DNA from: Utricularia gibba
Taxonomy: Eukaryota; Plantae; Magnoliophyta
Assembly (NCBI GenBank): GCA_002189035.1
Contig: NEEC01000019.1
Location: 434,001-498,000 of the forward strand
DNA length: 64,000 nt
Direction: 5' to 3'
Shown here: one piece after another, positions 52,242 through 64,000 of the stretch
Layout: the number at the start of each line of letters is the position of its first letter
Position numbering within the stretch: the stretch's first letter is position 1
Translations under genes and position numbers: made by a program
Notes under the pieces: generated by a model
What the model saw: the letters and a program-made list of their open reading frames with translations, nothing else
The model's database searches: none
What the model was told of the DNA's origin: nothing

Positions 52242-53826
52242 ATGGCGTTGGTGATGAAGCAAGGGCTTCACCTATGGAGCCCTTGTCCACGCGGTTTCAA
52301 TTCGAAACTCCCATCTTCGGCTCTGAAGACGCAAAAATCTCTGAAACCCAGTTCGGTTTTCAAGATTTCATCACATTGTGCCCGTGTGTTTTCCGGAATG
52401 AAGGACGAAGATGATGTATCTCCTAGTGAGGGTTTGCGAGCATGTTATCTGAAGGTGATCTTTTGAATATGACTTTTTCCTTCTTGCTGTTTCAGCGCTG
52501 AAGTTTTTGCTAAACTGGTAGGAATGGGTTCTTGAGCTTATGATCTGGTGCAATTTCAAGCGTGGTTGAGTTCTTTAATCGTTTTTGCTGCTCTGTCCGT
52601 ATAAGCAATTGCTACGAAGCATCTGGCTTATCCTGTGAACCAGTGTTGAGTGAAGTTTTTTGGTCGGGTCTGTTCCATTTCCAGCTTTTTCTCTGTTCTT
52701 TTTATTAAATCATTAATCAAACAGAGCAAACGAAAAGGGATCAAGGTCTGGTGCGTTTAGATGTAATTGTTTGCTACATAATCGTGATATCTGTAGTTGC
52801 AGGTGGTTTTTTGTGATGAGCTTGCTTGTTGCAGAATACCTAATAAGGCAGCTTATTTTACCGAATTCTATGCATGAACTTAGTGATGGGCTAGTTCCTT
52901 TGGCGGATGGGAATCTTGACCGTGATTGATCTTAGGTAAGCCTGAAGATTGAGCCTTATGTTGCAGGCAAGGTTGTTCTCTCGAGTGCCAGCTGCAGCCC
53001 TTGTAATCGTGAACTCATTGGTGTTTGCTGAACCTCCTAAAGCTTTTGCTGAAGCCTGTGAAGCCGATAATTCTCTTCTGAATATGAATATGCCATTGTT
53101 GCTTTTTGTAGCCCTTGTAGGTGCCACTGTGGGAGGTGATTTTTTGTTTTTCATGCATAACTCTTGTCAAAGTATTATGTTCCCTAAAAATAAACCATGC
53201 AAATGCTTCCATTTGATTGCAGGCCTGCTTGCACGTCAGAGAAAGGCTGAATTGCAACGGCTAAACGAACAGCTACGCCAGATAAACACAGCATTGAGAA
53301 GGCAAGCGAAGATCGAATCTTATGCTCCCAGTTTGAGTTATGTTCCAGTTAGTGGGAAGATATCAGAGGATGAAGTCATCGTTGATTCAAGGAAACAAGA
53401 CTTGATTTCTCACTTGAAAAGTGGCAAAAACTTCCTGAGAAATCAAAACCCAGAAATGGCATTTTCTGAGTTCAAGACTGCTCTCGAGCTTGCTCAAACT
53501 CTAAAAGATCCTATCGAGCAGAAGAAGGCAGCAAGGGGCTTAGGTAACGAACCTATCATATTCATACCACTACACTGACACCGAGAACACATCACCATCA
53601 AATTGATTTTGGATTTTCAGGAGCATCACTACAAAGACAGGGGAAGTATCATGAGGCCATAAAATATCATTCAATGGTTCTGAAAATCTCAAAGAGGGAA
53701 GGAGAAGAATCTGGAAACACAGAGGCTTACGGTGCCATAGCCGATTGTTACACAGAACTTGGAGATTTGGAGCGTGCTGCCAAATTTTATGACCAGTACA
53801 TTGACAGGTTACAGACTGATTCATAA
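52242..53826 (+). CDS. FLU: FLUORESCENT IN BLUE LIGHT (TPR protein, negative regulator of GluTR), 4 exons, 302 aa
   Basis: Exons 52242-52454, 52967-53135, 53223-53543, 53621-53826 (909 nt, GT-AG). Motifs: LLFVALVGATVGGLLARQRKAELQRLNEQLRQIN, AKIESYAPSLSY, KKAARGLGASLQRQGKY, EAYGAIADCYTELGDLE. The exon 1 donor is the least certain boundary. Confidence 0.95.
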
Positions 53827-54779
53827 TCTCTGTGATTGTATCTATTTCCAGCATCAATTTTCCAATTTTCCGAGCTCTTCTTGGAATATTTCGAAACATG
53901 TTTGTTTCTGTTTGAGAAATCTAGTACAGTGGTTGCCAAACAGCTGAATACTACAGAAGCCAACCCACAAAATCCACCAGCAAGAGTCAAATGATTGATT
54001 GGCTTCTTTGTTTACTATTTTCTTGAGAACCCCTTACATGAATGAACTTTGTCCTTTGAAAAAAGTAAAAGAGAACATTACATAGGTCAGCGTTCTTTGC
54101 AATTTGGGATGATATTTGAAAATGGAGCTTGAAAAGACGCCTCTCTTTGTGAAATAGCACCTGTGAAGGTTTTGTTTTTAGTAAATACCACGGGATTGGA
54201 CATTCTTTGCAAAATATCACATGTCAGAAAAAGTAAAATCAATTTAACAATTACTTTTATTCGTTCATTCTATTTCATTAATATATTTTTAAATTATTTT
54301 CATAATTTTATTTTGTAACTAACCATTCAAAATAATGTTTTATTAATTATAATAGAAATTATTTTATTTTAGAACTATTTTATATCACTTAAATACTGAA
54401 AACATTAATATTTAATTAATATTTAAATTATTTTTTTATAATTTATAATACAATTTGATATATTTACAAATATATTATAAATAGTTATATTTATTCAAAA
54501 TAAAAAACAATTAACGTAAACAATTTGCCTATCAAAATCAATACTCTTGTATTTAGTATCTTAATTATTTGCTTACAATTCATAATATAATTTAAAATAA
54601 TTAGAATATATTAAAATAATTAGATTTATTCATTTTGAAGAAAATTAGCATTTATGTCCGAAAAAAATATTTTTTAAACTATATTTCTAAATAATTTATT
54701 TTTATTTTAAATTTTTAGTATTTCTGAAAAAACATATTTTTTTATTATTAAAAATACAATATATTCAAATAATTTAGTA

Positions 54780-55500
54780 TTACAATTTTACTGAAAAATG
54801 ATACATAATAATTTTATATAAACATCATCTATAAAATAAGTAATTTAATAGGAGTTCAATTTAATAATACAAAATAAGTTAATTTTACAATAAAAAAACA
54901 AATATTGTTGCTATCTATTTTCTAATTTGCGTTTTTATTTTTCATTTTATAATATTTTTAAAAAGCAGATTTAGTTATTAAAAAATTCAAAAAAACACCT
55001 ATGTAATAAATAATTTGATAGAAGTTCAATATAGTAATACGAAATAAGTCAATTTCATTAAAACATAATAAATATTATTATTATTTATTTTCTAATTCGT
55101 ATGATTTTTTTCTATGTTCAATTTTATAACATTTTGAAAAAACATTATTTATTTATTAAAAATTGGAAACGATAACTTCACATTAGAGGATTTCATAGGA
55201 CGTATAAAAAAATGATACAAAATAATTTTATAATAACGTCACCTATTAAATGAGTAATTTGGTAGCACTCCAACATAATAATACGAAATAATTCAATTTT
55301 ACTGAAAAAAAAATATTATTGTTATCCCTTTTGTAATTTGTATGGTTGCTTTTATATTTAATTTTATAATTTTCGTAAAAAATGTCAATTGGTTATTAGA
55401 AAATTAAGCAACATTTGTGAAATAATTAGATTGTTACGGTTTAAATATAATACTACAAAGTCAAATTTTTTGAAAAAAACAATATTGTAGCTGACTCTTT
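54780..55500 (+). repeat. About four degenerate tandem units of ~200 bp
   Basis: A recurrent core TAATTT..TAG.A.TTCAA...TAATAC.AAATAA.TCAATTT...AAAA...ATATT occurs at ~54840, 55013, 55255 and 55425. Confidence 0.6.
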
Positions 55501-58120
55501 TAATTTTCTTCTATTTCCTTTGAGTATGCCTCTACCTTTTCCTTTGTTTTTGCTTGTGCCCACACTAGTAGAAGGCATATCTCTTTGTTGAGCCATTGCT
55601 ATAACATTATTTTCATTCAATTGACCTTGTAATCTGTGAAGTGGTAATTCTTACTCTAACACTTATATTTTTTCCTTCAGCTTCATTATTTCCAATTGAA
55701 AGTTGATAGATTTTTGTTGTCCAGCAATCAATTCATCGCCTTTGATCTTCAATTCAACCTTGTATACAAATTGCTGTGCTACCAAATTATCCATTATGTT
55801 TTTGTTCTTCTAAATCTGAAACTTGAGATCTTTTATCTAAAGAAGAAAAGAAATTAAATTAAAAAATATAAAAAAAACAAGTATCACATGTATTAATAAA
55901 ATAAGTTTCATTTTTATTACTTCAATTTCCATTTGTTGAATGTGTTTATATTGGTTTAAAGTGAGTTATTTGTCATGTTGTCGTGCAACCGAAACCTCCT
56001 CATGAATAAACACTTCAGCCTCCTCATCTCTATTTTGTTGTTCAGAATTATCCTACACAAAAAATTTTTTATATTGTAAACTTTATTTAGTTCAAGAAAA
56101 AATAAAAGAATTAAATCATATTTCTATTTTATTTACCTCTTGTTGATTGCTATCAATGTTTAGCGGAATAGGTTCTTTATAAACAACAATCTGATGACGA
56201 TTTTGCCTTGATGTTGGTGCAGACCGATGATAACACCATTTTTATTTTTTTTATATATGTTTTTAAATATATTTTGTAGGTTTAAATGGTGTCTAGTGTG
56301 CTAAATTATCTTCTTTTGTATATTTAGCTTATTAAAATGTGTATATTGTGAAAACAGGTTCAATTGGGAACAATTGAACCGAAAACTCTAATATTTTCTT
56401 CTAGTCTGTATTTTAATCTTAACAAGATAAGAACTAGTACTATAGCATCGCGTTTTCTGCATTGACAAGTCAAAAGGGATAGAAAAGATGTGCAAAAGTC
56501 ACTTTCGCCAAACACAACCGTCCTTCTAAAAAGATAAGATTTTGAGCAGAGATCTCTCTTCTAGAAGTTTGAGGAAAACACGAAGCTACCCTTGCTTTTG
56601 AGGTGTAAAAGGAAAAAGGAAGAGAGAGAAAAAAAAAGCGAACTTTAGAGGGGAGAGAGCACAATAGCAAAGCGGGAGTGAGGAGAACTGTGTTTCTCTG
56701 GTGAACGTCTCCAGCGACCTCCAGATCTACACTTCTACACCATCTTTCCTGCCAGAAACTTGACTTCCAACAGATCTACGACCGAGAGCAACCGCTGAAC
56801 ATTTTATTTTTTATTTTCTACACTTAGTTTCTGCATTGAACCGATGCTGTTACTGTCTTCGTTTTTGAGCTTTCTGAATCATTTCGGTACCTTGTTATGA
56901 ATAGGAAACTCTTTATAAACCTTATTTTAGCTATGAATATGTTCCTGTTTAACCTTTTCGTGTTTGGTTCTATGTTTAACATGGTTTTTACTATTCCTGC
57001 GAACCCTCACTTTGTTTTTAAGCATTTTAAAGTTGGATTTAAGCATATGGGCTTTCTTGAGAGACACAAAAGCTTGACCCTGGTGTAAAACCCAGCCAAG
57101 TCACTTTTTTTTTCATGTTTTCTATACATTCACATTAATTTCAGTCCATTTTCATCCCTGCAACTTGTTTATTTCAGCTGCTGCTATTTTATTTCCTATT
57201 CGCATTAGAGCTAAACCCACAGAAAAACCCCTCTGTTTTCAGTAAATGTGATAAACTTCAGGAAATTACAACCATTCCATATGAATTCGACCCTTACTTG
57301 CCACACTACATTAATTCATGTGATTTGTGTAGTAGAATAACTAGGTTTATAAATTTCTTTTGATGCATTGAATGTGTTAGACCGCGACATTTAACAACCT
57401 CATTCTAAACATTCATCAACCGCCACTCAACGACACCATGAATGTTTTGAAGTGCTGTCAAAGTGTTAAATAAATAAGTAAAATAAGATATTGAAAAAAT
57501 AATGTAAATTAAAAAGACTTACTTCAAATTTGAGCAGATTTTGAGATGATGTCTTCAATCATATATCTTTTTTATTGCAAAATACTTTTTAATGCATGTC
57601 TATTTTTCTCATTTACATTGATTTTTTCAATACAAGAATTTATAATATCATCCTCAGGATACGTCAATGGATAATGCCTTGAGATTGCAAAAGATTTAGG
57701 TAGTGATTCATAAAAGAAGTTTATCCCATCGTGCCACAGTTATAGGTAAGTTTTGAAAGAATCTAGTATTTGGTAATCCTTGAAAATATCATGTTTTAGT
57801 ACGAGCTTTTTTTGGAAGAGATATTCAAAAAAATTTGACAAGGAAAGTTCTACATATTCTTCTTCACACAAATGTAAAAATACTAAGATAATACTATAGG
57901 AATATGGTGCTAAAAACCCAATAGACAATCTCAAGTAATTGAGCACATCAACAGCAAAGGGGTGAATAGGTAACCTAATACCAGCATCAAATGTTTTACA
58001 AGACACAAGTCAAGCATTGGGATGTTCATGAGGGGGATTTGTGTCAAGAGGTGTGTTTTGTGGGGCAGGAATTGTCAACCAATTAGTTGGGATAAAATAT
58101 TTAACACGAAATCTATCCAT
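55500..58120 (-). pseudogene. Decayed spliced gene: Transposase_28-like N-terminus plus coiled-coil C-terminus; TE-derived
   Basis: RFRVKYFIP...FDAGIRLPIHPFAVDVLNYL...FLHLC. GT-AG introns at 57522-57455, 56136-56053 and 55920-55837. The frame rejoins across the solo LTR at 56228-57418. Distal stops are TAA/TAG. Confidence 0.65.
56228..57418 (+). mobile_element. Solo LTR family F (Athila-type), TSD ACCGA/ACCGC
   Basis: TGATAACACC...ATTCATCA, 1191 bp, with TTCGACCC near the 3' end. The TSD has one mismatch, and removing the LTR restores the host frame. Confidence 0.85.
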
Positions 58121-59138
58121 TCTCTTATCAATAAAGGATACACAATAAGAATTGAATTCTAAAAATAATCAAATGAAAAACAGCAAAATAAACATGATAT
58201 TAACCATGAAAAACGCATATCCATAATTAAAGTTCAATCAAATATATATAAAAAATAACTAAACCTAACTAAACACATAATTATATCAAAAGGGCATTTT
58301 TTAATAACTAAACTCAACTTAATATGAAACGCATACTACAGCAACAAATGCATACAAAAAGAATGTATGTTGCAACAACAAGATTACCCGATCATAGCCG
58401 ACGAATTCTGGGCTTTCAGGAGCACGGCGACACTGATAAGATGAGCCTTTGTGTATGCAAGGAAAGGAGATGTAAACTAGGTAGAATTGTACACTTATAT
58501 TATGGACGCCAACTTTTAAAGAAAATCATATTGCATAAATTAATTCACATCCATACATAATGTGTATCAATTATTTAAAATAATTAAAAATAAAATTTGT
58601 GGCACCTACAAAATACTCATTGTTTCATGTGCCATCCCAAATTCTAAATTTTAAGTATTTTAAAAATGATACACGAAAAAAGTTATGGACGTATTTCAGT
58701 AACACCTACGCATTACGTTTGTTTGAATGTACCTTTTCAAATTTCGAATTTCAACTATTTAAAAAATGATGAGAATTTATTACACATTTAATTATCCTAA
58801 ATCCGTAATTAAACTATAAATTCAAAATTTTACTAGCTTTTATTTATAGCAATGAAGTTTATTATAACCACAAAAATTGATGCAATCTGGTAAGATATCT
58901 TTTTCTAATATTATCTTCAAAATGTTTAATAATGCAAGATTCTCACAACTTTCAAAATGTTCGGCATGTGGCAAATATTATCTAGTGGTGTCAATTCAAA
59001 ATTTTATAGCCACATATTTTTTTAAAAAGCAATATGCAGGTTAAATTATAATATCTTTTTGCATTGAAATTGTCTATAAAACTGCACATTTTCTTGCATT
59101 CGAAACGTTCAACTAGAATACTTTCAATGTTTCATCTC

Positions 59139-60155
59139 ATGGCTCAAGCTACGATACGCTTGTTTGTTGGTGGTAATATTATCAAATAATATTCCTAATG
59201 TGCATTATGATAGAAATCCAACTAGTGTTCTTCTTATTAAGCCAAACTGGTCATTTGAGAAGCTGGTGAAGAGGATTTAGATGGTGTTAGCAATCAATCC
59301 ATCCTCTTTCAACATACATATCACTGCAAGGTTTTTTGATGAATGCACTGGTGATGGCCAATTTGTTCAAGTTACAAACATAGAAATGCTAAGATGGATC
59401 ATTGATTCTCACAATAAAAATGTTGGTATTGATATTTATGTTCAACCAGAACCAACAATTTTTCAGGCTTCTACAAGTCCTCATGCTGATGTTGATTTCA
59501 ATGCTCACTCCATAGCATATGAGCAACCTTTTTTTCAAAATGGTTAGTTGTTAGTTTACCTTTTTTTGTCTTGTGCTTATATAAATGATTTTTTACATGA
59601 TTACTTGGTTATAGCATGTCACTCAAATTATCCTTCGAATGAGGACAATGATAAGAGTGATGATCCAACTTATATACCACACAATACTGACGACATGTGT
59701 GCGGATAGTATGGTCAATATAATTACTGATACGGAAGAGGACATCCCAGAATATGAATCTCTGGGCGAAGAATTATCTTCACCACCATAAATGTGGCAAG
59801 ATGCTTTGATGCATATTGATCATGAGATTACCCACTATCATGAAAGTGACAAGGAATTTGTGGTTGGCATGCATTTCTAGGATAAGCAAACTCTCAAAGA
59901 TATAGTTAAGACGTACAATATCAAGATGAAGCGAGAATACAAAGTTAGGCGGGTGAATAATGCCCTATATGCCGTCAAGTGTGTGCAACCAAATTGTATT
60001 TGGTCTTTAAATGCTAGGCCTAAAAAAAGAACAAGCACATGGAAAATTTCTACGTATAATGGCCCACACACTTATGGATTAACATCATCCCTTGCTAGTA
60101 ATCATGTGAATCTAACATGTGACTACATCGCTCCCCGATTGCTTCATTTGATACA
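59139..60155 (+). mobile_element. MuDR/MULE transposase, 5' part, truncated by an LTR
   Basis: MAQATIRLFVGGNII...WSFEKLVKRI, acidic linker, then EFVVGMHF*DKQTLKDIVKTY...YAVKCVQPNCIWSLNA...WKISTYNGPHT (MuDR N-domain), ending at RLLHLI. Confidence 0.88.
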
Positions 60156-60600
60156 TGATAACACATATTTTTGAGTGATTAAGTACATGAAAACATTCAT
60201 ATTATGCTACAAAAATTAAGTTTTACTGCCTAGTTTTATATTTTTGCACATAAGTACCGTAATTGTGTTATTTTAGTCTTAGTTGGGACTAAATCGTAGA
60301 TTTAGTCCCAAACTTCTAATAGTTTTATTCAAGCAATGCAGTGTAGGTCGCAACACAAATCCCAAGGAGCCGAATATGAACAGTGTGGTGGTAGATGATG
60401 AGATAGAAGTCTAAAAAGGAGTACACACAAAATCCAAAGAAGAGAAAAAAGGAGGATTTTGGACAAAAAGGGGGACAAGATGAAGATAAAAGTCAGATCT
60501 ACCCCATTGGAGACATACGACATACTTTCTGGAGATTTTTCTGGGGGGAAAGAAGGAGGAAGACGAACATGAACGAAGTCGATGCTTGAAGAAGTTTCTA
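60156..60600 (+). mobile_element. 5' ~440 bp of a family-C LTR, fused directly to NPF coding sequence
   Basis: TGATAACACATATTTTTGAGTG... is collinear with 38517-38930. Homology is lost at ~60600, where NPF codons begin. Confidence 0.85.
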
Positions 60601-61675
60601 GCATTTGCCTACAGCGTTGTGAGTTCATCACCCGATCCTTATTCTGGGGCGGGAATTGGATTTGTTTCTATGTCCACGCCACCCATCCTGGCGAGAGTGA
60701 CCAAAACTTGCAGAAGTTTTAAGCCAGAATGCATAGGCTACACCCAGAAAGCTCTCCTTTACTCTGGATTGGCATTTGTTGCCGCCGGAATTGCCGGACA
60801 CGATGTTGCTCTGAAGGGAACATGATACGCATCGGAGGTTTACACATACCCGTTGCCTCAGGTATGTATGTGTGTAAATTCTTTATGATTCAGTCCATCT
60901 TTCAGTCATCAGAAAATGTCTGCTGCCTCATCTCAGATGCCTACACAAGGCAGCCATTATGTCACCAGAGGATTATGACTGCAAGGAATGGAAGAAGTGC
61001 ACGATACAGGAGGTTGAAGAAGCCAAGATTGCCGTTCGAATGATTCCCATGGGGCTCACGTTCAGTAAGATGATGCATGAGTACAACAAGAGAGGCTTTG
61101 CACCCTCCCTCGGAATCGCATTTGCCATGATCACCAGCATCCTGTGTTGCATAGCCGCGGCACTAGTCGAGAACAGGAGACTGAATGTTATCAGAAGCCA
61201 TCAGCTTTTGGATCACCCAGGAACAACCATTCCCATGAGCATATTTTGGTTAACTTTGCAGTTCATTCTCCTTGCAGGGCTGGATTCCTTCCTAGAACAG
61301 AGCGTTGCAGCTTTCTATCGTGCTGAGGCACCAGAATCCATGACTGAGTACCTGGAATACTTCGCCAAGTTCGTGTATGGCATAGGATACATGTGCAGTG
61401 TGCTTGCTGTGTATGTGGTAGGCGAAGTTAGCGAGAGGCTCGGCAGCAGGAGAAGCTGGTTTCAGCAGACATTGCACAGAAGCCGTTTGGACAGATACTT
61501 CTGGGTTCTGGCGGCTTTAAGCTCCATAAATCTGATCGCCTTCATTGTAGTAGCTACACAATACAGGTACGCTGACAGTGAAACACGAAATCATGGAGAA
61601 GCAGCTGAAGTAGCTGACCCCATATCAATCACCAACGACATGATCAAGGAATACAATTTTCCGAATTCTGGCTAG
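60601..61675 (+). pseudogene. NRT1/PTR family (NPF) transporter pseudogene: 5'-truncated with two internal deletions
   Basis: GIGFVSMSTPPILA...CRSFKPECIGYTQK...GIAGH, then a frameshifting jump to HTRCLR/CLHKAAI (intron 60862-60936), EVEEAKIAVRMIPM, QFILLAGLDSF and LHRSRLDRYFWVLAALSSINL. About 46 aa present in the neighbouring copy are missing after LTF. Confidence 0.85.
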
Positions 61676-62007
61676 TTGTTGGCAGAGACAAATTTATTGA
61701 GGTAATTTTATTTAATTTTTGAATAATATAATTTTTTTTATTTATTCTATAATAAAATTATAAATTCAAATTTAAAATTAACTTTAAAAAATGTTGAATT
61801 TATTAAATTTGTATTTTAATAATGAAATAAAAATTTAATTAAAAAGTATATTAATTAATTTTGACACAATTCAATATACATATATATACATATATATCAT
61901 AACATTAAATTTTATAATATAATCTTAAAATATCTTACAAAATATTTATAATCTTAAAATTTTAATATAATTTCAAATTATATGAGTTTTTTTTTTTTTT
62001 TTTTTTT

Positions 62008-62683
62008 TGTAAAGTAGGCCTCTATGAAAAATAAATTAGTAAAATAGTTCCATTTTGTAATTTTTATTAAAAAAATCATCTTTTATGTATTAATTTGTCA
62101 AATAACTTTACTTTTTACTTCTTTGCACCTTGGTAGCACCCAAATATCTAATCTCTTTGAACATGTTACTTATGCATATGCTAAAGGTATAGTAGGATGG
62201 GAGGTTGCTATGAAAGAGGAATTGGATGCACAAGACAAAAATGGTACCTGGATCCTCACTACTCTCCCTCCTGGAAACACATGTGATAGGTTCAAAATGA
62301 GAGTTTAAGATTTAGTTGAAGGCTGATAGCTCTTTGGAGTGCCGCAAGGTCCGTCTAATGGCTAAGTGATATAGACGGATTGAGGGGGTTGATTTTTCTG
62401 ATCTATTTGCTCTAGTGGCAAAGCTTGTCACAATCCGATTGACATTGACAATGGCTACACAATTGAACCATCAATATCAATAATGCATTTCTACATGGCC
62501 ACTTAGATGAGAAAATTTACATGGCATTGCCTGAGGGATACAAAGTTGGCTTCAATTTGGTATGTTTTCTGCAATGTAAAGTAGGCCTCTATGAAAAATC
62601 AATTAGTAAAATAGTTCCATTTTGTAATTTTTAGCAAACAATCATCTTTTATGCATTAATTTTTCAAATAACTTTACTTTTTA
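62008..62683 (+). mobile_element. Copia RT fragment (62118-62574) between ~110-bp direct repeats (62008-62117, 62575-62683)
   Basis: WEVAMKEELDAQDKNGTWIL..LPPG and NAFLHGHLDEKIYMALPEG-like segments. The repeats start TGTAAAGTAGGCCTCTATGAAAAAT and end AAATAACTTTACTTTTTA. Confidence 0.85.
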
Positions 62684-63001
62684 TTTATATTATATAATAT
62701 AACATTCTGCATAACAAAAAAATTAATTAGATTCACAATATTATACAAGAGTATCCCGCATCGGTGCAATCTCCATCTTTGTATTGTATTTGTGGTTACT
62801 TGGCAGAAAAGAATTGATAATGAAATCAAAAGAGATATTGATAATGAATTTGTTCAATAAAAAATGAAAAAGGCACAAAGGATCACAACAGAAAAGTATA
62901 ATAATGAGTAAAAGAAGGGAAAATTGATGAAGTCTTCGATTGTTTTGGAGCGTCTCATATTCCATTACAACCACACACTTTATTACTCCTCCTGACTCTT
63001 T

Positions 63002-63896
63002 TCAACAGTTGTCGGCGTCGGTGTCGTCTGGAGAGGCTTCCGCTTCTGTTAATGTCGGATTCTTGTAGGTGTAGGTGGAGGCGACGATGGCAAAAACGAT
63101 GAGATTCACAGAGCTTAAAACAGCTAGCACCCAGAAGTAGAGGTCCAAGCGGCTTCTGTTCAATGTGTATTGAAACCAGCTATTCTTTCTACCGAACTTT
63201 TTGCTAACTTCGCTTGCAACGTACACAGCAAGCACACTGAACATGAATCCCAGACCAGACACAAACTTGGCGAAGTATTCCAAGTAGTTGATCATGGAGT
63301 TTGGGGATTGATGACGATAGAACGCAGAAATGCTGCTTTCCAGGAATGAATCAAGCCCTGCAAGGAGAATGAACTGGAAAGACAGCCAGAATATGGTCAT
63401 GGGAATGGTTTTATCGGGCTGATCCCGCAGATGGTGTCTTCTGATAGCATTCAGTCTCATTTTCTCGATTCCAGCTGCGGCTATACAACATAAAATGCTG
63501 AAGATCATGGCGATTGCAATTCCGACGGATGATGCATATGCTTTCTTCTTGGATGAATCCTTAACGGAGAACTCAGCTTTTTCACTGGATGAAGCATCAT
63601 CCATTTCGGACCCGTTCAAGTAATTTTGTGCGACACCGCTGAAGAAAGCTTTTGAAGATTTGAAGATCAATAGAAAGATATGCTGCGGCACCCTTAGCTT
63701 TCCTACCTTATGATCCATGTTCTTCGCTTGCTCCAGGAAATAAGTATTCCCAGTTGAAGATACAATTCCGCAGACAATGAATGTGAGCCACATTGGGATC
63801 ATTCGAACCGCAATCTTGGCTTCCTCAACCTCTGAGACTGAGCATTGTTTCCATTCGTTGGCCTCTGGTGATTTAATGGCAGCCTTTTCCAGGCAT
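63002..63896 (-). CDS. NRT1/PTR family (NPF) transporter, last exon; rest of the gene lies beyond the window
   Basis: Acceptor CTCAG|A at 63897/63896. Reads RCLEKAAI...CSVSEVEEAKIAVRMIPMWLTF...TYFLEQA...QFILLAGLDSF...LNRSRLDLYFWVLAVLSSVNL to TGA at 63004-63002. The N-terminal ~34 aa of the track ORF are intronic. Confidence 0.93.
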
Positions 63897-64000
63897 CTGA
63901 GTTGAAGAAGAAACAATGTCATAAGCTCGTCTGGTACTTGAAAAATGGTCACCAAAGAAAGCACAACAAGGAAAGCAACAAGAAACAGAGAAATCGGCAC

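Noticed and set aside
52836-52935. Possible extra FLU exon (CAG| ... |GTAAGC)
   Set aside because: It has stops in all three frames, and the downstream intron would be only 31 nt.
3919-53826. SQD2 and FLU as a functional plastid gene cluster
   Set aside because: They belong to unrelated pathways (sulfolipid vs tetrapyrrole control), are 45 kb apart, and show no shared regulatory signal. Plastid-targeted neighbours are common by chance.
63897-64000. Hydrophobic N-terminal extension of the 332-aa NPF ORF
   Set aside because: It lies upstream of a canonical acceptor at the same position as the intron in the paralog, so it is intronic.
1-64000. tRNA, rRNA, CRISPR or organellar insertions
   Set aside because: None recognised. 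The only tRNA-like sequences are retrotransposon primer-binding sites.

Overview
AT-rich eudicot nuclear DNA. No prokaryotic features, rRNA, tRNA or CRISPR arrays were found. Genes: the 3' end of a DIVARICATA-like SHAQKYF MYB (+, <1-319); an intact 10-exon SQD2 (-, 6543-3919, 523 aa); an intact 4-exon FLU (+, 52242-53826, 302 aa); and a tail-to-tail NPF/PTR transporter pair (a broken + copy at ~60601-61675 and the last exon of a - copy at 63896-63002). The ~45 kb between SQD2 and FLU is almost all dead transposon. Target-site duplications (TSDs) and reading frames that rejoin across insertions let most of it be rebuilt as one nested stack. A PMD-carrying MULE transposase is interrupted by an old LTR (12771...48886). 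That LTR holds a CRM chromovirus and a Copia. The CRM holds an Ulp1-carrying MULE and an Athila with an env-like ORF, and the Athila holds further Athila pieces. Five more solo LTRs sit inside the stack or just beyond it. Right of FLU are degenerate ~200-bp repeats, a decayed spliced gene with a Transposase_28-like N-terminus and a coiled-coil C-terminus, and the 5' half of a MuDR transposase facing the opposite way to the 3' half. The leading hypothesis is one large multi-gene MULE broken by a rearrangement that includes FLU. All translations, alignments and mismatch counts were done by eye. Family and domain names come from remembered motifs, not database searches.
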